Assembly (NCBI RefSeq): GCF_006345805.1
Contig: NC_043001.1
Location: forward strand, 107,446,001 to 107,510,000
Length of the DNA: 64,000 bases
Direction of reading: 5' to 3'
Source of the DNA: Octopus sinensis
Taxonomy: Eukaryota
Shown here: piece by piece, positions 23,939-36,039 of the stretch
How positions within the stretch are numbered: the first letter of the stretch is position 1
Layout of the letters: every line of letters starts with the position of its first letter
The notes under the pieces: model-generated
Told to the model about the DNA's origin: nothing
The model's database searches: none
What the model saw: the letters and a program-made list of their open reading frames with translations, nothing else
Program-made: the position numbers and the translations under genes

Positions 23939-24530
23939 ATAAGGTGGCGAGCTGGCAGAAACGTTAGCGCGCCGGGCGAAATGCTTAGCAGTATTTCGTC
24001 TGCCGTTACGTCCTGAGTTCAAACTCCGCCGAGGTCGACTTTGCCTTTCATCCTTTCGGGGTCGATAAATTAAGTACCAGTTACGCACTGGGGTCGATAT
24101 AATCGACTTGATCCCTTTGTCTGTCCTTGCTTGTCTCCTCTATGTTTAGCCCCTTGTGGGCAATAAAGAAATAGGTATTTCGTCTGTCTTTACGTTCTGA
24201 GTTCAAATTCCGCCGAGGTCGTCTTTGCCTTTCATCCTTTCGGGGTCGATAAATTAAGTACCAGTTACGCACTGGAGTCGATATAATCGACTTGATCCCT
24301 TTGTCTGTCCTTGTTTGTCCCCTCTATGTTTAACCCCTTGGGGATAATAAAGAAATAGGTATTTCGTCTGTCTTTACGTTCTGAGTTCAAATTCCGCCGA
24401 GGTCGTCTTTGCCTTTCATCCTTTCGGGATCGATAAATAAAGTACCAGTTTCGCACTGGGGTCGATGTAATCGACTTAATCCCTTTGTCTGTCCTTGTTT
24501 GGCCCCTTGTGGACAGGAAAGAAATATGTA
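23939..24530 (+). mobile_element. SINE family B head followed by tandem triplication of the body (~184-bp period)
   Basis: GTATTTCGTCTG..GAGTTCAAATTCCGCCGAGGTCG..AATAAAGAAATAG repeated three times; one A-box head. Confidence 0.9.
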
Positions 24531-25403
24531 ACACCGTATGTGCGGTGTGTATATCTATTATTTCAAGCTGGTCATGTGATGGAGTAATTGCGCAGTCTTT
24601 GGCTGATGTGTGTACATGAAAGTGCGTGCGCGCTTGCATACAGGCTTGGCCAAACGTCACCCAACAGTAAATCAAAATTCCATCAATACTATGTGTAATT
24701 CTGCATTGACTCGAATGCGAACATGTGTCAATCAAGAAGAACTTCAGTTTGAGCAATTTTCATGATATTTCATATTTAAATGCTTTTATTAAATTCATTC
24801 AGTTGTTAAACATAAGTAAATCTTGGAATAAAATGGTTTTGATTTACTGTCAGGTGACTTTTTGCCAAACTTCTTTATACAAATCTGTATACAAGCATAC
24901 ATACAAACATACATACATACATACATACATACATACATACATACATACATACATACATGCATGCATGCATGCATACATACATACATACGTACATACATAC
25001 AGATGCATGTGTGTGTTTGTGTGTATGTGTGTGTGCATGAGATTGGAATAAACTTAAAATGCAATTAAGTGTAAGCTTCTAGGAGTTCTCTCCCCTCTCA
25101 CAATTTTAGTTTTTATTCTTTCACCAACGAAATTTATCAAAATTTTTTAGTAGGTTGGTCACACACTTGTGTGTGTGTGTGTGTATGTGTGTGTGTGGTG
25201 TGTGTGTGTGTTTATTCTGATTTGGAAAATATCGATTCTTTACAGAAGTGCTTTGACAGACTATTGGGTGGGTGAGTGAGTTAATTACATCTCTTTTAAC
25301 CAACCACGGCAAGAGTAAAGAGAGAGAGAAACCTTAAGTAATCTCCCTTCAGATTGTAGATTACACGCCAAAGTAACACCTCCCACACACACACAGACAC
25401 ATA

Positions 25404-25826
25404 TCGTGGCACTCCGTCGGCTACGACGACGAGGGTCCCAGCGAATACGATCAGCAGAACAGCTTGCTCGTGTAATTAACGTGCAAGTGGCTGAGCACTC
25501 TACAGACACGAGTACCCTTAACGTTGTTCTGGTGGAGATTCAGCGTCACAAAGAATGTGACAAGGTTGTCTCTTTGAAATACATGTACGACAGAAACAGG
25601 TTGAAAGAGTGCAAGAAAGATGTGGTGAAAGGGTACAACAGAATTCCCCACAACACCCTGCCGGAGCCTCGTGGAGCTTCAGGTGATTTCGATCAATAAG
25701 CAAAACGCTTAGTCTGCTGGCCCTTTGAAATACAGACACAACTCATTTTTGCTAGCTGAGTGGACTGGAGCAACGTGAAATAAAGTGTCTTGCTCAAGGA
25801 CACAACGCGCCGCCGGGAATTGAGCC
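25404..25826 (-). mobile_element. SINE family C body with ~130-bp internal segment from the 13325-type SINE
   Basis: Ends GTGGCACTCCGTCGGCTACGACG..; CTTTGAAATACA occurs on both sides of an insert containing GGAGCCTCGTGGAGCTTCAGGTG..CAATAAGCA. Confidence 0.65.
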
Positions 25827-25898
25827 TAGTTAGTACTTAGATGGGTGATAGTTAGTACTTAGATGGGTGACTGCTTTGGAAACCTAGGTGCTCTAAGC

Positions 25899-26002
<104 letters not shown>

Positions 26003-26024
26003 GTATACATATATATGTATATAT

Positions 26025-26121
<97 letters not shown>

Positions 26122-26126
26122 ACATA

Positions 26127-26193
<67 letters not shown>

Positions 26194-26214
26194 ATGTATA
26201 TATACATATATACT

Positions 26215-26560
26215 AGATGATGTACCCGCTAATTCCCAGGAAAGCGGAGCTTATCCCTTGGTTCCGTTCTCGTAATTGTTTCGCTAGTCCAATAACAACA
26301 ATACAAAGAATGTAACCCTTAAAACGGATTTTGTGCATTTTGAAAGCTGTCTTACACAGGATCTTGTTTTTAGGAATTCCCAATTAGTTATGAATACCCA
26401 AATTGTGAAGTCAGTTATGTAATAACATGAAATTACTTACCCGACAATAAGAATTCAAAGAAAGTAGCCCCGAAAGGGCTTTAATACGTTCCCAGAATAT
26501 ATAGAACTGAGGGGCAAATACTAATAAGGTATGTATACTAAAATCGTGAAACATGTTACG
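26215..26560. mobile_element. Interspersed repeat adjoining (TA)n, class unresolved
   Basis: Starts ACTAGATGATGTACCCGC at the (TA)n edge; contains hairpin AGCCC-CGAA-AGGGCT; I recall it as an octopus repeat but cannot verify. Confidence 0.35.
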
Positions 26561-26879
26561 TAATAACAGGCTAATCTGATTTGAGATAACAACAATTCAA
26601 AGTAAATAACTCTGAAAAGGGCCTTTGTGCGTTCTCAGAGAGTATTACACCCAGGGGCGCTAGTGTTGGTATATTCGTGACTAAGTCACTAACCGAAATA
26701 ATAATAATACTATTTAGTTGTTTAAGGGTTATACTGGGTAAATTGCGAAAATAACATTTCAAATACTAAGAAATACTAAGCATATTCAATTTCATTTTTA
26801 CCAAATGATTTAGGAGAATGAATGGGTTATTTCCCTTGGCTATATATAAGGATCCCTTCCAGTGGCGAATGGGTTATTT

Positions 26880-27215
26880 TCCTTTGTTATAAAAATAAAA
26901 TATATTAGATATATATAAGAATCCTTTCCAGGGGCCCTATTATCAAATATTTTAAGAAGCTGAGCATGACATGAGGTTTCCGGACATGAGTCCTACTCAA
27001 GTGTCAAGTTTTATCAAAATCGATAAAACCATGTAGGAGGAGTTAGCTAACAACTCCACAAACACACCCACAGGATAATTTACCACATATGTAGTATATA
27101 CACACGCGCACACACGCGCGCACACACGCGCGCACACACACACACTCACACACACACACACACACACACAACACACACACACACACACACATATAATCAC
27201 TGATGGGGGTACATT
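26880..27215 (+). mobile_element. Possible Helitron/DINE-like 3' segment
   Basis: AAGTGTCAAGTTTTATCAAAATCGATAAAACCATGTAGGAGGAGTTAG followed by (CA)n, like DINE-1/Lep1 cores. Confidence 0.35.
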
Positions 27216-27967
27216 AAATTTTACTCCTAAGCCGAGGAAGCAGCATGCCGTAACTTAATAGGGAGGTTTGATGTGTAAGGAATAGATAAATTGAGGGCGC
27301 CCTACCCAAAACATCATACCGGTTCCTCACGCGATTCTTACTCATTCTCGCGTAAAAGGTGTTTGTATTTACCATTTTCTATTAAAGACCAGCACTCGAT
27401 TCTTTGGATTCTGATGTTTCCCTTATACTTTCCTTTAAGATTTTGGACAATGAGAGAATTCTTTGATAGAATATACTTAATCAAAATCTAGCGATGTAGG
27501 ATCATGGAAATGGGTTTTTATCGTGAAAGAAGTAAAAGAAAGAGAAATTAAATTAAATTTAACATTTAGAATTAAAGAAATTAGTAAGATTTTAGCTTTC
27601 TTCAGTTTTTATTTTCCGTTCATATTAATTATATCATTTAAGAAACAAAAAGAAAACATACTAGATGGAACAGAAAACATAACAGATACGGAATAAAATG
27701 AGACAATTCAACAAAATGTAAGATCGCAGACATCTTTTTGTCTTTTACGCGAGTTTATACTTTTAAGGTAAAATAATTTATTCAGAAAAAAAAAGATCTA
27801 TGGCGGAATAACCGACAGATTTAAATAACTATTTTAAAACAGAAGAAAACAAGTGAATAACAGAAGGGATTTGCTGCATCAATGCTTTGAGAGGCTTGTC
27901 ATGTAGAAATTCCTCGTATATATTGGTGCACGAAGCGATTTTGCAATGTGACCGCTATAATTTTTAT

Positions 27968-28060
27968 TTAGTGAGATACTATAAAATTAAACAGAAGAAT
28001 AACGAGGCTGGTAACCATGATCAAGGCTTGGCTGCAGACAGATTCAATTCCAACAGCGCC
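27968..28060 (-). CDS. Last coding exon of GPI-anchored glycopeptide gene: GAVGIESVCSQALIMVTSLVILLFNFIVSH*
   Basis: Strong acceptor TTCCTTTTTTTCTTTTTTTCCAG, phase 0, C-terminal hydrophobic tail ending at TAA; AATAAA overlaps the stop. Confidence 0.8.
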   Translation of the reverse strand, partial: GAVGIESVCSQALIMVTSLVILLFNFIVSH

Positions 28061-28189
28061 CTGGAAAAAAAGAAAAAAAGGAAATGTCAACAACAACGAA
28101 ATATGTACGTAGTTATAAGGATATTAGAATTTCTAACTTAATATATATAATTACACATTGCTAAGCAAAGGGGGAGTGCAGTAGATTCA

Positions 28190-28392
28190 ATTTATCAGAG
28201 CATTTAATTGTCCTTCAATAAATTTTCTATATTTAAAAGATGAAGAATTATGCACATTATTTACATTTGACGTATATTTGTCCTCATCTTGTTTGTTGTT
28301 AACACAACGATTCGGCTGATATACCCTCCATCCTTCATCAGGTGTCTTGGCGAAATTTCGAACCTGGGTTCTCATTCCTAAGGTATTTTTCG
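28190..28392 (-). mobile_element. Penelope-like terminal repeat fragment with inactivated hammerhead (28301-28346)
   Basis: Minus: GACAC CTGATGA AGGATG GAGGGTATAT CAGCC GAAT CG TT GTGTT; GAAA changed to GAAT. Confidence 0.7.
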
Positions 28393-28416
28393 ATGTTGTT
28401 GTTGTTGTTGTTGTTG

Positions 28417-28491
<75 letters not shown>

Positions 28492-28540
28492 CATCATCAT
28501 TATCATTATCATTATTATTGTTATTATTATTATTATTATT

Positions 28541-28570
<30 letters not shown>

Positions 28571-28571
<1 letters not shown>

Positions 28572-29142
28572 AGTGAGAGAGCAGTGCATGCCATCAAAGT
28601 GACACTGAGGTACAAATATACGAAGCCCAGTACCCGTCTGATAAGGATACACCAGGCACATGCATCACAACCATGTGTGCGCGACATCGTGATCTCATAT
28701 CAAGATAAACAGTACATGACCTTGCAGGTGGGGCCCAGTTAGAATTTTCGTCTGGTCGAGTAACCCATACCACCCAAAAGGTCCCTGAATAAGGGTTGTT
28801 TAAGGATGTTGAACGAAACACCCATATTTCCAGCGGTGAAATTATCCAAACCTCCAAGAATTTCTTTCAACACATGGCTATGATGCTCCCCCACTACTTC
28901 TGCTCATGACCAGAGATGCACATATCGTCAGCCACTAAGGGACATGCTCAACTGGTTAAGGTAAAACAACTGACAAGCAAATCTGTGGTATTGAGCAAAA
29001 TATTTGCTGTAGCCCATCTTTTATACCAAGAGAAAACAATGTACATGATAACACTTCAAATCAGTTAAGATCAGAAGCCACTGCCTTTAGTACTGCATCA
29101 GGGCATTGGTACTGCATCAAGGAATTTATACTGCATCAGGGC

Positions 29143-29146
<4 letters not shown>
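28571..29146 (-). mobile_element. Non-coding ~570-bp interspersed element in (TAA)n, copy 1
   Basis: High identity to 29188-29702; ends CTCTCTCACTC then (AAC/AAT)n on minus; no informative ORF. Confidence 0.7.
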
Positions 29147-29186
<40 letters not shown>

Positions 29187-29187
29187 T

Positions 29188-29702
29188 GAGTGAGAGAGCA
29201 GTGCATGCCATCAAGGTGACACTGGGGTAAAATATACGAAGCCCAATATACCCATCATGACTACCCGTCTGATAAGGGTACACCAGGCACATGCATCACA
29301 ACCATATGTGCGCGACATGGTGATCTCATATCAAGATAAACAGCACATGACCTTGCAGGTGGGGCCCAGTTAGAATTTTTTTCAGGTTGAGTAACTCATC
29401 TCGCTCAAAAGGTCCCTGAATAAGGGTTGTTTAAGGATGTTGAAAGAACCACCCATGTTTCCAGAGGTGAATTATTCAAACCCCAAAGAATCCCTCTCAA
29501 CACATGGCTATGATGCTCCCCTACTACTTCTGCTCGTGATCAGAGATGCACATATCGTCAGCTACTAAGGGACATGCTCAACTGGTTAAGGTCAAACAAC
29601 TGACAAGCAAATCTGTGGTATTGAGCAGAATATTTGGTGTAGCCCATCTTTTATACGAAGACAAAACAATGTACATGATAACACTTCCAATCAGTTAAGA
29701 TC
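29188..29702 (-). mobile_element. Same element, copy 2
   Basis: Aligns to copy 1 with scattered substitutions; (TTA)n both flanks. Confidence 0.7.
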
Positions 29703-29757
<55 letters not shown>

Positions 29758-29789
29758 CATTACCATTATCATTATACTTATTATTATTA

Positions 29790-30250
29790 TTATTATTATT
29801 CAGTAGTTTTATTTTTATTTTTATAGCGTGCTTTCACTTCACTACCGAGCGCAGCTCTGTGTGCCTTGGGTATGTGCTGTATTATTATTATTATCATTAT
29901 TATTATTATTATTGCCTTTGCACAGCTCCTAACGCTGGATATGTACTACGGTGCCAGCTTTTCACTACCAGAGAACTAAGGTAACACCCCTTATTTTCGA
30001 GCACCATCCGAAGTATTCGAGCGGTTCCAAGCAGTGCTGTTTTCTGCGTACTTCTCAAGATTTTTACACACTGTTCCCAATTCCGACAATTATTGGTACT
30101 ACTTCGACCACAACTGATAGGAATTGTTTCTGTTTTTAGTTTCCACATTTGATTTACTTCGATTTCCAGGTCTTTGTATTTTGAAGGTTTCTCTATTTCT
30201 TTTAGAGAAACGTTGTCATCTGCTTAGTATTGATAGACACGTTGCATTTG
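29790..30250 (-). mobile_element. Two R4/Dong-like LINE 3' fragments separated by (TTA)n
   Basis: 29790-29880 identical to the 3'UTR at ~15608-15680; 29910-30250 encodes MWKLKTETIP..TQKTALLGTARILRMVL. Confidence 0.8.
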
Positions 30251-30259
30251 CTGGTATTG

Positions 30260-30331
<72 letters not shown>

Positions 30332-30372
30332 CATTATTATCATTTTTATTATTATCATCATCATCATCATCA

Positions 30373-30451
<79 letters not shown>

Positions 30452-30490
30452 CATCATTATTATTATTATTATTATTAAAATTATTATTCA

Positions 30491-30880
30491 ATAAGGCGTT
30501 GAGCTGGCAGAATCGCCAGCACGCAGGACGAGATGCTTAGCGGTATTTCGTCTGCCGCTATGTTCTGAGTTCAAATTCCGCCGCGGTCGACTTTGCCTTT
30601 CATCTCTTCGAGTCGATTGAATAAGTACCAGTTGCGCACTGGGGTCGATATAATAGACTTAATCCGTTTGTCTGTCCTTGTTTCTCCCCTCTGTGTTTAT
30701 CCCCTTGTGGATAGTAAAGAAATAGGTATTTCATCTGCCGCTACGTTCCGCGTTCCAACTCCGCTGAGGTCGACTTTGCCTTTCATCCTTTCGTGGTCGA
30801 TAAAATAAGTACCAGTTGCGTACTGGTTTCGATCCAATCGACTAATCCCCTTCCCCCAAATTTCAAAATTCAAGCTTTGT
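30491..30880 (+). mobile_element. SINE family B, head plus duplicated body
   Basis: AAGGCGTTGAGCTGGCAGAATCG head; two GGTCGACTTTGCCTTTCATC cores. Confidence 0.85.
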
Positions 30881-31137
30881 GTCTATAGCAGAAAGAGTTA
30901 CTACTATTATTTAAGAGATTTCTCCGGAGTACGAGGGCAACAAAAACTGGATTTTCATGACATCCGTAAGTGACATGGAAGGAAATGCGGATCCTCAAAT
31001 CAAAGAGTGACTCATATGCAAGAAGCAAAAGGGGCTTAGATAAAGCTTTTAACCATGTGACAGGTTTAGTGTACAGTTATTTCTTGTATAGCAGCATCAT
31101 TAGCGACAATTTTATAAGTTTATAAAAGTCTTCTTAC

Positions 31138-31238
31138 GGATTGGCCCGTGGTGTTCGATGCTGCAGCTGGTGTAGTAATAACGGCACCTGTAGCAGTAGC
31201 AGCAGCAGCAGGAGCAGTCGTCGCATTTTGAGCCATCA
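31138..31238 (-). CDS. Middle coding exon: (V)MAQNATTAPAAAATATGAVITTPAAASNTTGQS
   Basis: Acceptor TTTCCTTTCTTTCTATTTCCAACAG, donor TCC|GTAAGA; 101 nt, phase 1 to 0, GC-rich codon-like island in AT-rich DNA. Confidence 0.85.
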
Positions 31239-31538
31239 CTGTTGGAAATAGAAAGAAAGGAAATTAAATATATACGAAAATCAAAAATGGAACATGTAAA
31301 TGATTAACGGAAAGGGAAAAAAAAGACATATAAACATACAAATCTACGCATCGGCCATGAAATTCAGGCTACAAACGCAGTTCCGTTGCATTTAAAGACC
31401 ATGGTATAACTCGTCTCGTTGCACTGGTGATATACGGCGTATCACTGCGATGATGGACAAAGGAGAACAAAAAAGGAGGAGAAAGGAGAACAACATACAA
31501 ATATGAAAATCATGGACGGAAACAGTTAATACAGAAAC

Positions 31539-31661
<123 letters not shown>

Positions 31662-31736
31662 AATATTAGGGAATGAATCCAAATTTACAGGGAAAAAATC
31701 AGATTTAGGGTTAAATCCAATTTTATAGTAAAATAT

Positions 31737-32062
31737 TATATAATATAATTCGAGACAAAACCACTATTTTAAAATCAAACAAGGAAAGACTTAATCAATA
31801 CATAAAATTTTAATATGAATTAAATAAACCGCCACTACAATTGTTTCCTGTCTTCTAATGACATTCTTCAGGTGGATTTTCGATCTTCTAATCAGTATCA
31901 AATTTGATACTGATTAGAAGATCGAAAATCCACCTGAAGAATGTCATTAGAAGACAGGAAACAATTGTAGTGGCGGTTTATTTAATTCATATTAAAATTT
32001 TATGTATTGATTAAGTCTTTCCTTGTTTGATTTTAAAATAGTGGTTTTGTCTCGAATTATAT

Positions 32063-32068
<6 letters not shown>
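31737..32068. mobile_element. Perfect 332-bp palindrome (inverted PLE terminal repeat) with hammerheads at 31930-31973 (+) and 31832-31875 (-)
   Basis: Zero-spacer centre 31902/31903 (GTATCAAA|TTTGATAC); CCAC CTGAAGA A TGTC ATTAGAA GACA G GAAA CAATTG TA GTGG. Confidence 0.85.
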
Positions 32069-32093
<25 letters not shown>

Positions 32094-32115
32094 TATATAT
32101 ACATACATACATACA

Positions 32116-32430
32116 TAGGGGTTGGAAAAATAATGGAAACACCTTAAAAATTCAAGCAAATTTATTTTAATGTGGAGTAGGACCACCTTTGGCAGTAACT
32201 ACAGCTTGAATTCTATGAGGTATGGACTCGTACAAAGTTTGGATTGCTCCCAAAGGAATTTTTGTCCATTCTTCAGCTAAAACGGTCTCCAGTTCTTTCA
32301 GTGATGATGGTGGAGGGTATCGACTCCTTGTTTTTCTAAAATGCACCATAAATGTTCAATAATATTGAGATCCAGAGACTGTGGTGGCCACATGAGATGT
32401 TCAAATCCATTAGAATGTTCCCCGTGCTTA
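32116..32430 (-). pseudogene. Tc1-like transposase C-terminus with adjacent TIR
   Basis: FEHLMWPPQSLDLNIIEHLW and SSLKELETVLAEEWTKIP..IQAVVTAKGGPT; end TAGGGGTTGGAAAAATAATGGAAACACC. Confidence 0.85.
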
Positions 32431-33705
32431 AAAAGTCTTGACTATTAATTCTGCCATTGGGCCGGCGGATTTCCAATATTTTTATATTTACCGTGTAGGG
32501 GAAGTGAATAATAATAAATCAGAAGAAGCCAGAAGTGGTTAATTAATTTTATTTATATGTTAAATTTGATAAATAATATATTTCTTGATCGGTAAGTAGA
32601 TAAGCTAAATTACTAAACGTATAATTTAAAACTATTTTAAGATATTTTCAAATAACTAAAACTCAGTAAAAATCTAATTTTTTATAAATTTTATAATTAT
32701 AATATAAATTAACATAACTATTATTGTTAAAATTGACGTTACTCTTAAAATTGAGTTTCGAAATTAAGATTAAATATAGAAAATACCTTTTAAGAACTTT
32801 TCAATGTTAATAAGAATTATCTCCCCTACACAGTAGCTCTCAATGTTGGATTATACGATTGCTTCATTTAGTAACCATGTTTAAGTCGCGGAGAGAAAAT
32901 TACCATACAGATAAGTTAACAATTATTTTTCCTAACATTTCTTTTTCCTACTTTGATTTCACATTTCTGTTCATTATTTACAAAAGTAAAATTATTCCAA
33001 CAACTTCTAGTTATATAATTTTAGTTTGCCATGTCTTTATATAGGATGTAAATAGCAAAATAAGTTCATATAATCTAGACCTGAAGATTGGCTATATGAT
33101 CGTTTTAATATGGTATTGTATTTCGAGACCCTCTATTTCAGCAATATTGAGGAATATGTTGTCATGAAACGCGCGTAGCATATATAATGTAATGTATATG
33201 ATTTAAAATAAGAGTTGTAGGTATTAATTTTGATAATTTTTAAATATTTAGTCATCCAATGGTGGTTGAGTTGCTTGAGGGTGAGTAATTCATTTTAGTA
33301 CCACTAAATTGAACTTCTCTTCTCTGTGGACTCAGAAATAAATTCCTTAATATTAACATATATATATATAAATGAATATGAAAGACCTCTAGCCAATACA
33401 CATTCTATATTTTCACTCCTTGTTTCTTTCTGTGTTCCTTTCTGTGGAAGAGCTCGAAACGCTAAAGACTTTTCTTTTCCAGAGCGTTGTACTAATACAT
33501 TTGTTTGTTGTCTACTCCACCTGTCTTCGTCTTTTGTTTTTTTTTGTGAATTTGCCCAATGTATATATATTTATGAATATATATATATATTACATATATA
33601 TATATATATACATAATGAATATAATATACATATATATATACATATATGTATATATATTATATATATATACATATATACATGTATATATATACACATATGA
33701 ATATA

Positions 33706-33752
<47 letters not shown>

Positions 33753-33884
33753 CATATATATACATATATACATATACACATATACATATATATACATATA
33801 TACATCTCTATATATATACCTATATATATATATATACCTATATATATACATAAATATATACACACACACATACATACATATATA

Positions 33885-34363
33885 TTCTTTTATTCTTATA
33901 TGTGTTTTAGTCATTTGATTGCGGCCATGCTGGAGCATCGCCTGTAGTCAAGCAACTCGACCCCAGGACATATTATTTGTAAGCCTAGTACTTATTCTAT
34001 CCGCCTCTTTTGCCGAACCACTAAGTTACGGTGACTAAACACACCAACATCTTTTGTCAAGCGATGACGGGAGGACAGACATAGACATACAAACACACAC
34101 ACATACATACATATATACACACACACACACATATATATATATAAATATATATATATTACGGAGATGTACTCGCATAGCAAGTAATTTGATCTGAGATCGA
34201 GTGCTGAAACGAAAACAATTGCAGCGTGGAAGGTGTTTATAAGCTATTTAAGAAACACACAAAAGCCGTTCGATTCACTTCAACATTTAAGTTTAATTTC
34301 TCAAAATATTTTCGTCGCTAAAATCCGCGACCTGTTCACTGACAAAGTCCGTGCTGCATCACT

Positions 34364-34410
<47 letters not shown>

Positions 34411-34555
34411 TATAATATATATATATACGAGGGGCTTCTTTTAGTTTCCGTCTACCAAATCTACTCACAAGGCTTTGGTCGGCCCAAGGCTATAGTAGAA
34501 GACGCTTGCCCATGTGGTTGGTAAGCAAGCTACTTACCACATAGCTACTTCTGTA
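33885..34555 (-). mobile_element. SINE family A split by a PLE-like insertion (34157-34365) in its internal (TA)n
   Basis: Tail half 33885-34150, head half 34425-34555 (B-box region deleted), unrelated ~200-bp block between (TA)n runs. Confidence 0.75.
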
Positions 34556-34612
34556 TATATATATATATGTATATATATAATATATTATATATATATATAT
34601 ATATAATATATA

Positions 34613-34671
<59 letters not shown>

Positions 34672-34784
34672 ATATATATAAGTTTGCTATTAAATGATTC
34701 ACAAATGAAAATTCCCAGAGTTCAACACTTGTTCCGAAATAATCAAGAGATGTGAAATTTTACTTTTAGATATATTTATTTATT

Positions 34785-35412
34785 TATTGCCCAGAGAGGG
34801 CTAAACATAGAGGGGACAAACGAGGACAGACAAAGGGATTATGTCGATTACATTGATCCCAGTTTGTAACTGGCACTTATTTAGTCGACCCCCCCCCCAA
34901 AAAAAAAAAGATGAAAGGGAATGTCGACCTCGGCGGAATTTGAACTCAGAACATAATGCCACATGAAATACCGCTAAGCATTCGGCCCGGCGTGCTAATG
35001 ATTCTGCTTGCTCGCCGCCTTTAAATACCTACTCTAGGCACAAATCCCGAAGTTTTGGGGGAGGGATCCAGACGATTAGATATCCCCAGTACGCAACTGG
35101 TACTTAATTTATCGGTCACGAAAGGATGAAAAGTAAAGTCGACCTCGGTGGAATTTGATTTCAGAACGTAACGGCAAATGAAATACCTATTTCTTTACTA
35201 CCCACAAGGGGCTAAACGCAGAGAGGACAAACAAGGACAGACAAACGGATTAAGTCGATTATATCGACCCCAGTGCGTATCTGGTACTTAAGTTATCGAC
35301 TCCGAAATGGTGAAAGGCAAAGTTGACCTCGGCGGAATTTGAACTCACAATGCCAGACGAAATACAGCTACGTATTTCGCCCGGCGTGCTAACGTTTCTG
35401 CCAGCTTGCCGA
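34785..35412 (-). mobile_element. Cluster of three SINE family B units
   Basis: Three AAAGTCGACCTCGGCGGAATTTGA-type cores; heads at ~35020 and ~35410. Confidence 0.85.
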
Positions 35413-36039
35413 AATATTTATATTTAAAATAATATACAAACAATATACTGCAAGATTATTCAACTCAGAGATGTGGGCAGGCGAAATACATTTTCGGCGC
35501 CATAACTTATATCAGCCCAGAGGAATACTGTACATGTTGAAGTCGAGCTTTGAGTGACGTATTGCTCATTCGCGCCCGCAGTCATTCTCAGCTTCAAATT
35601 ATCGTACTAAATTACATAATTATCAATGTAAATTCTCTTACTTAGAAGTTTAAAACATATTTAGGTTTGTAACAATAAAGAATGCAAGAAAAAAAGTAAC
35701 TTAGCCTTCTATAAACAGTGGAAATATGTACCCTAGGAAGAATTTCATCAACTTAGCGCAGAACCCTTGCCCTAGACTGTCCATCATACATTATACATTG
35801 CATTCACTCTCTCCTCCCCACACACACACGTATACACGCATACACACATACTCATTCAGAGGCGTATGTACTGAGATGATGTACAGACATAAAATATATC
35901 ACTTATTAACACATTGTTAAACTCCAATAAATTATTTCACTGCTATAAATATTAATGAAATAAACTTCAATTTATACAGTATCGGTTAACAACTTATATA
36001 TACATATATATCCGAGGTTTGATCAATAAGTATCCATAC

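Noticed and set aside
26441-26506. 66-nt phase 0/0 exon-like segment (FYIFWERIKALSGLLSLNSYCR) with CAG acceptor and GTAAGT donor, minus strand
   Set aside because: Lies inside what appears to be an interspersed repeat and beyond the GPI gene stop; could be a cryptic exon but has no independent support
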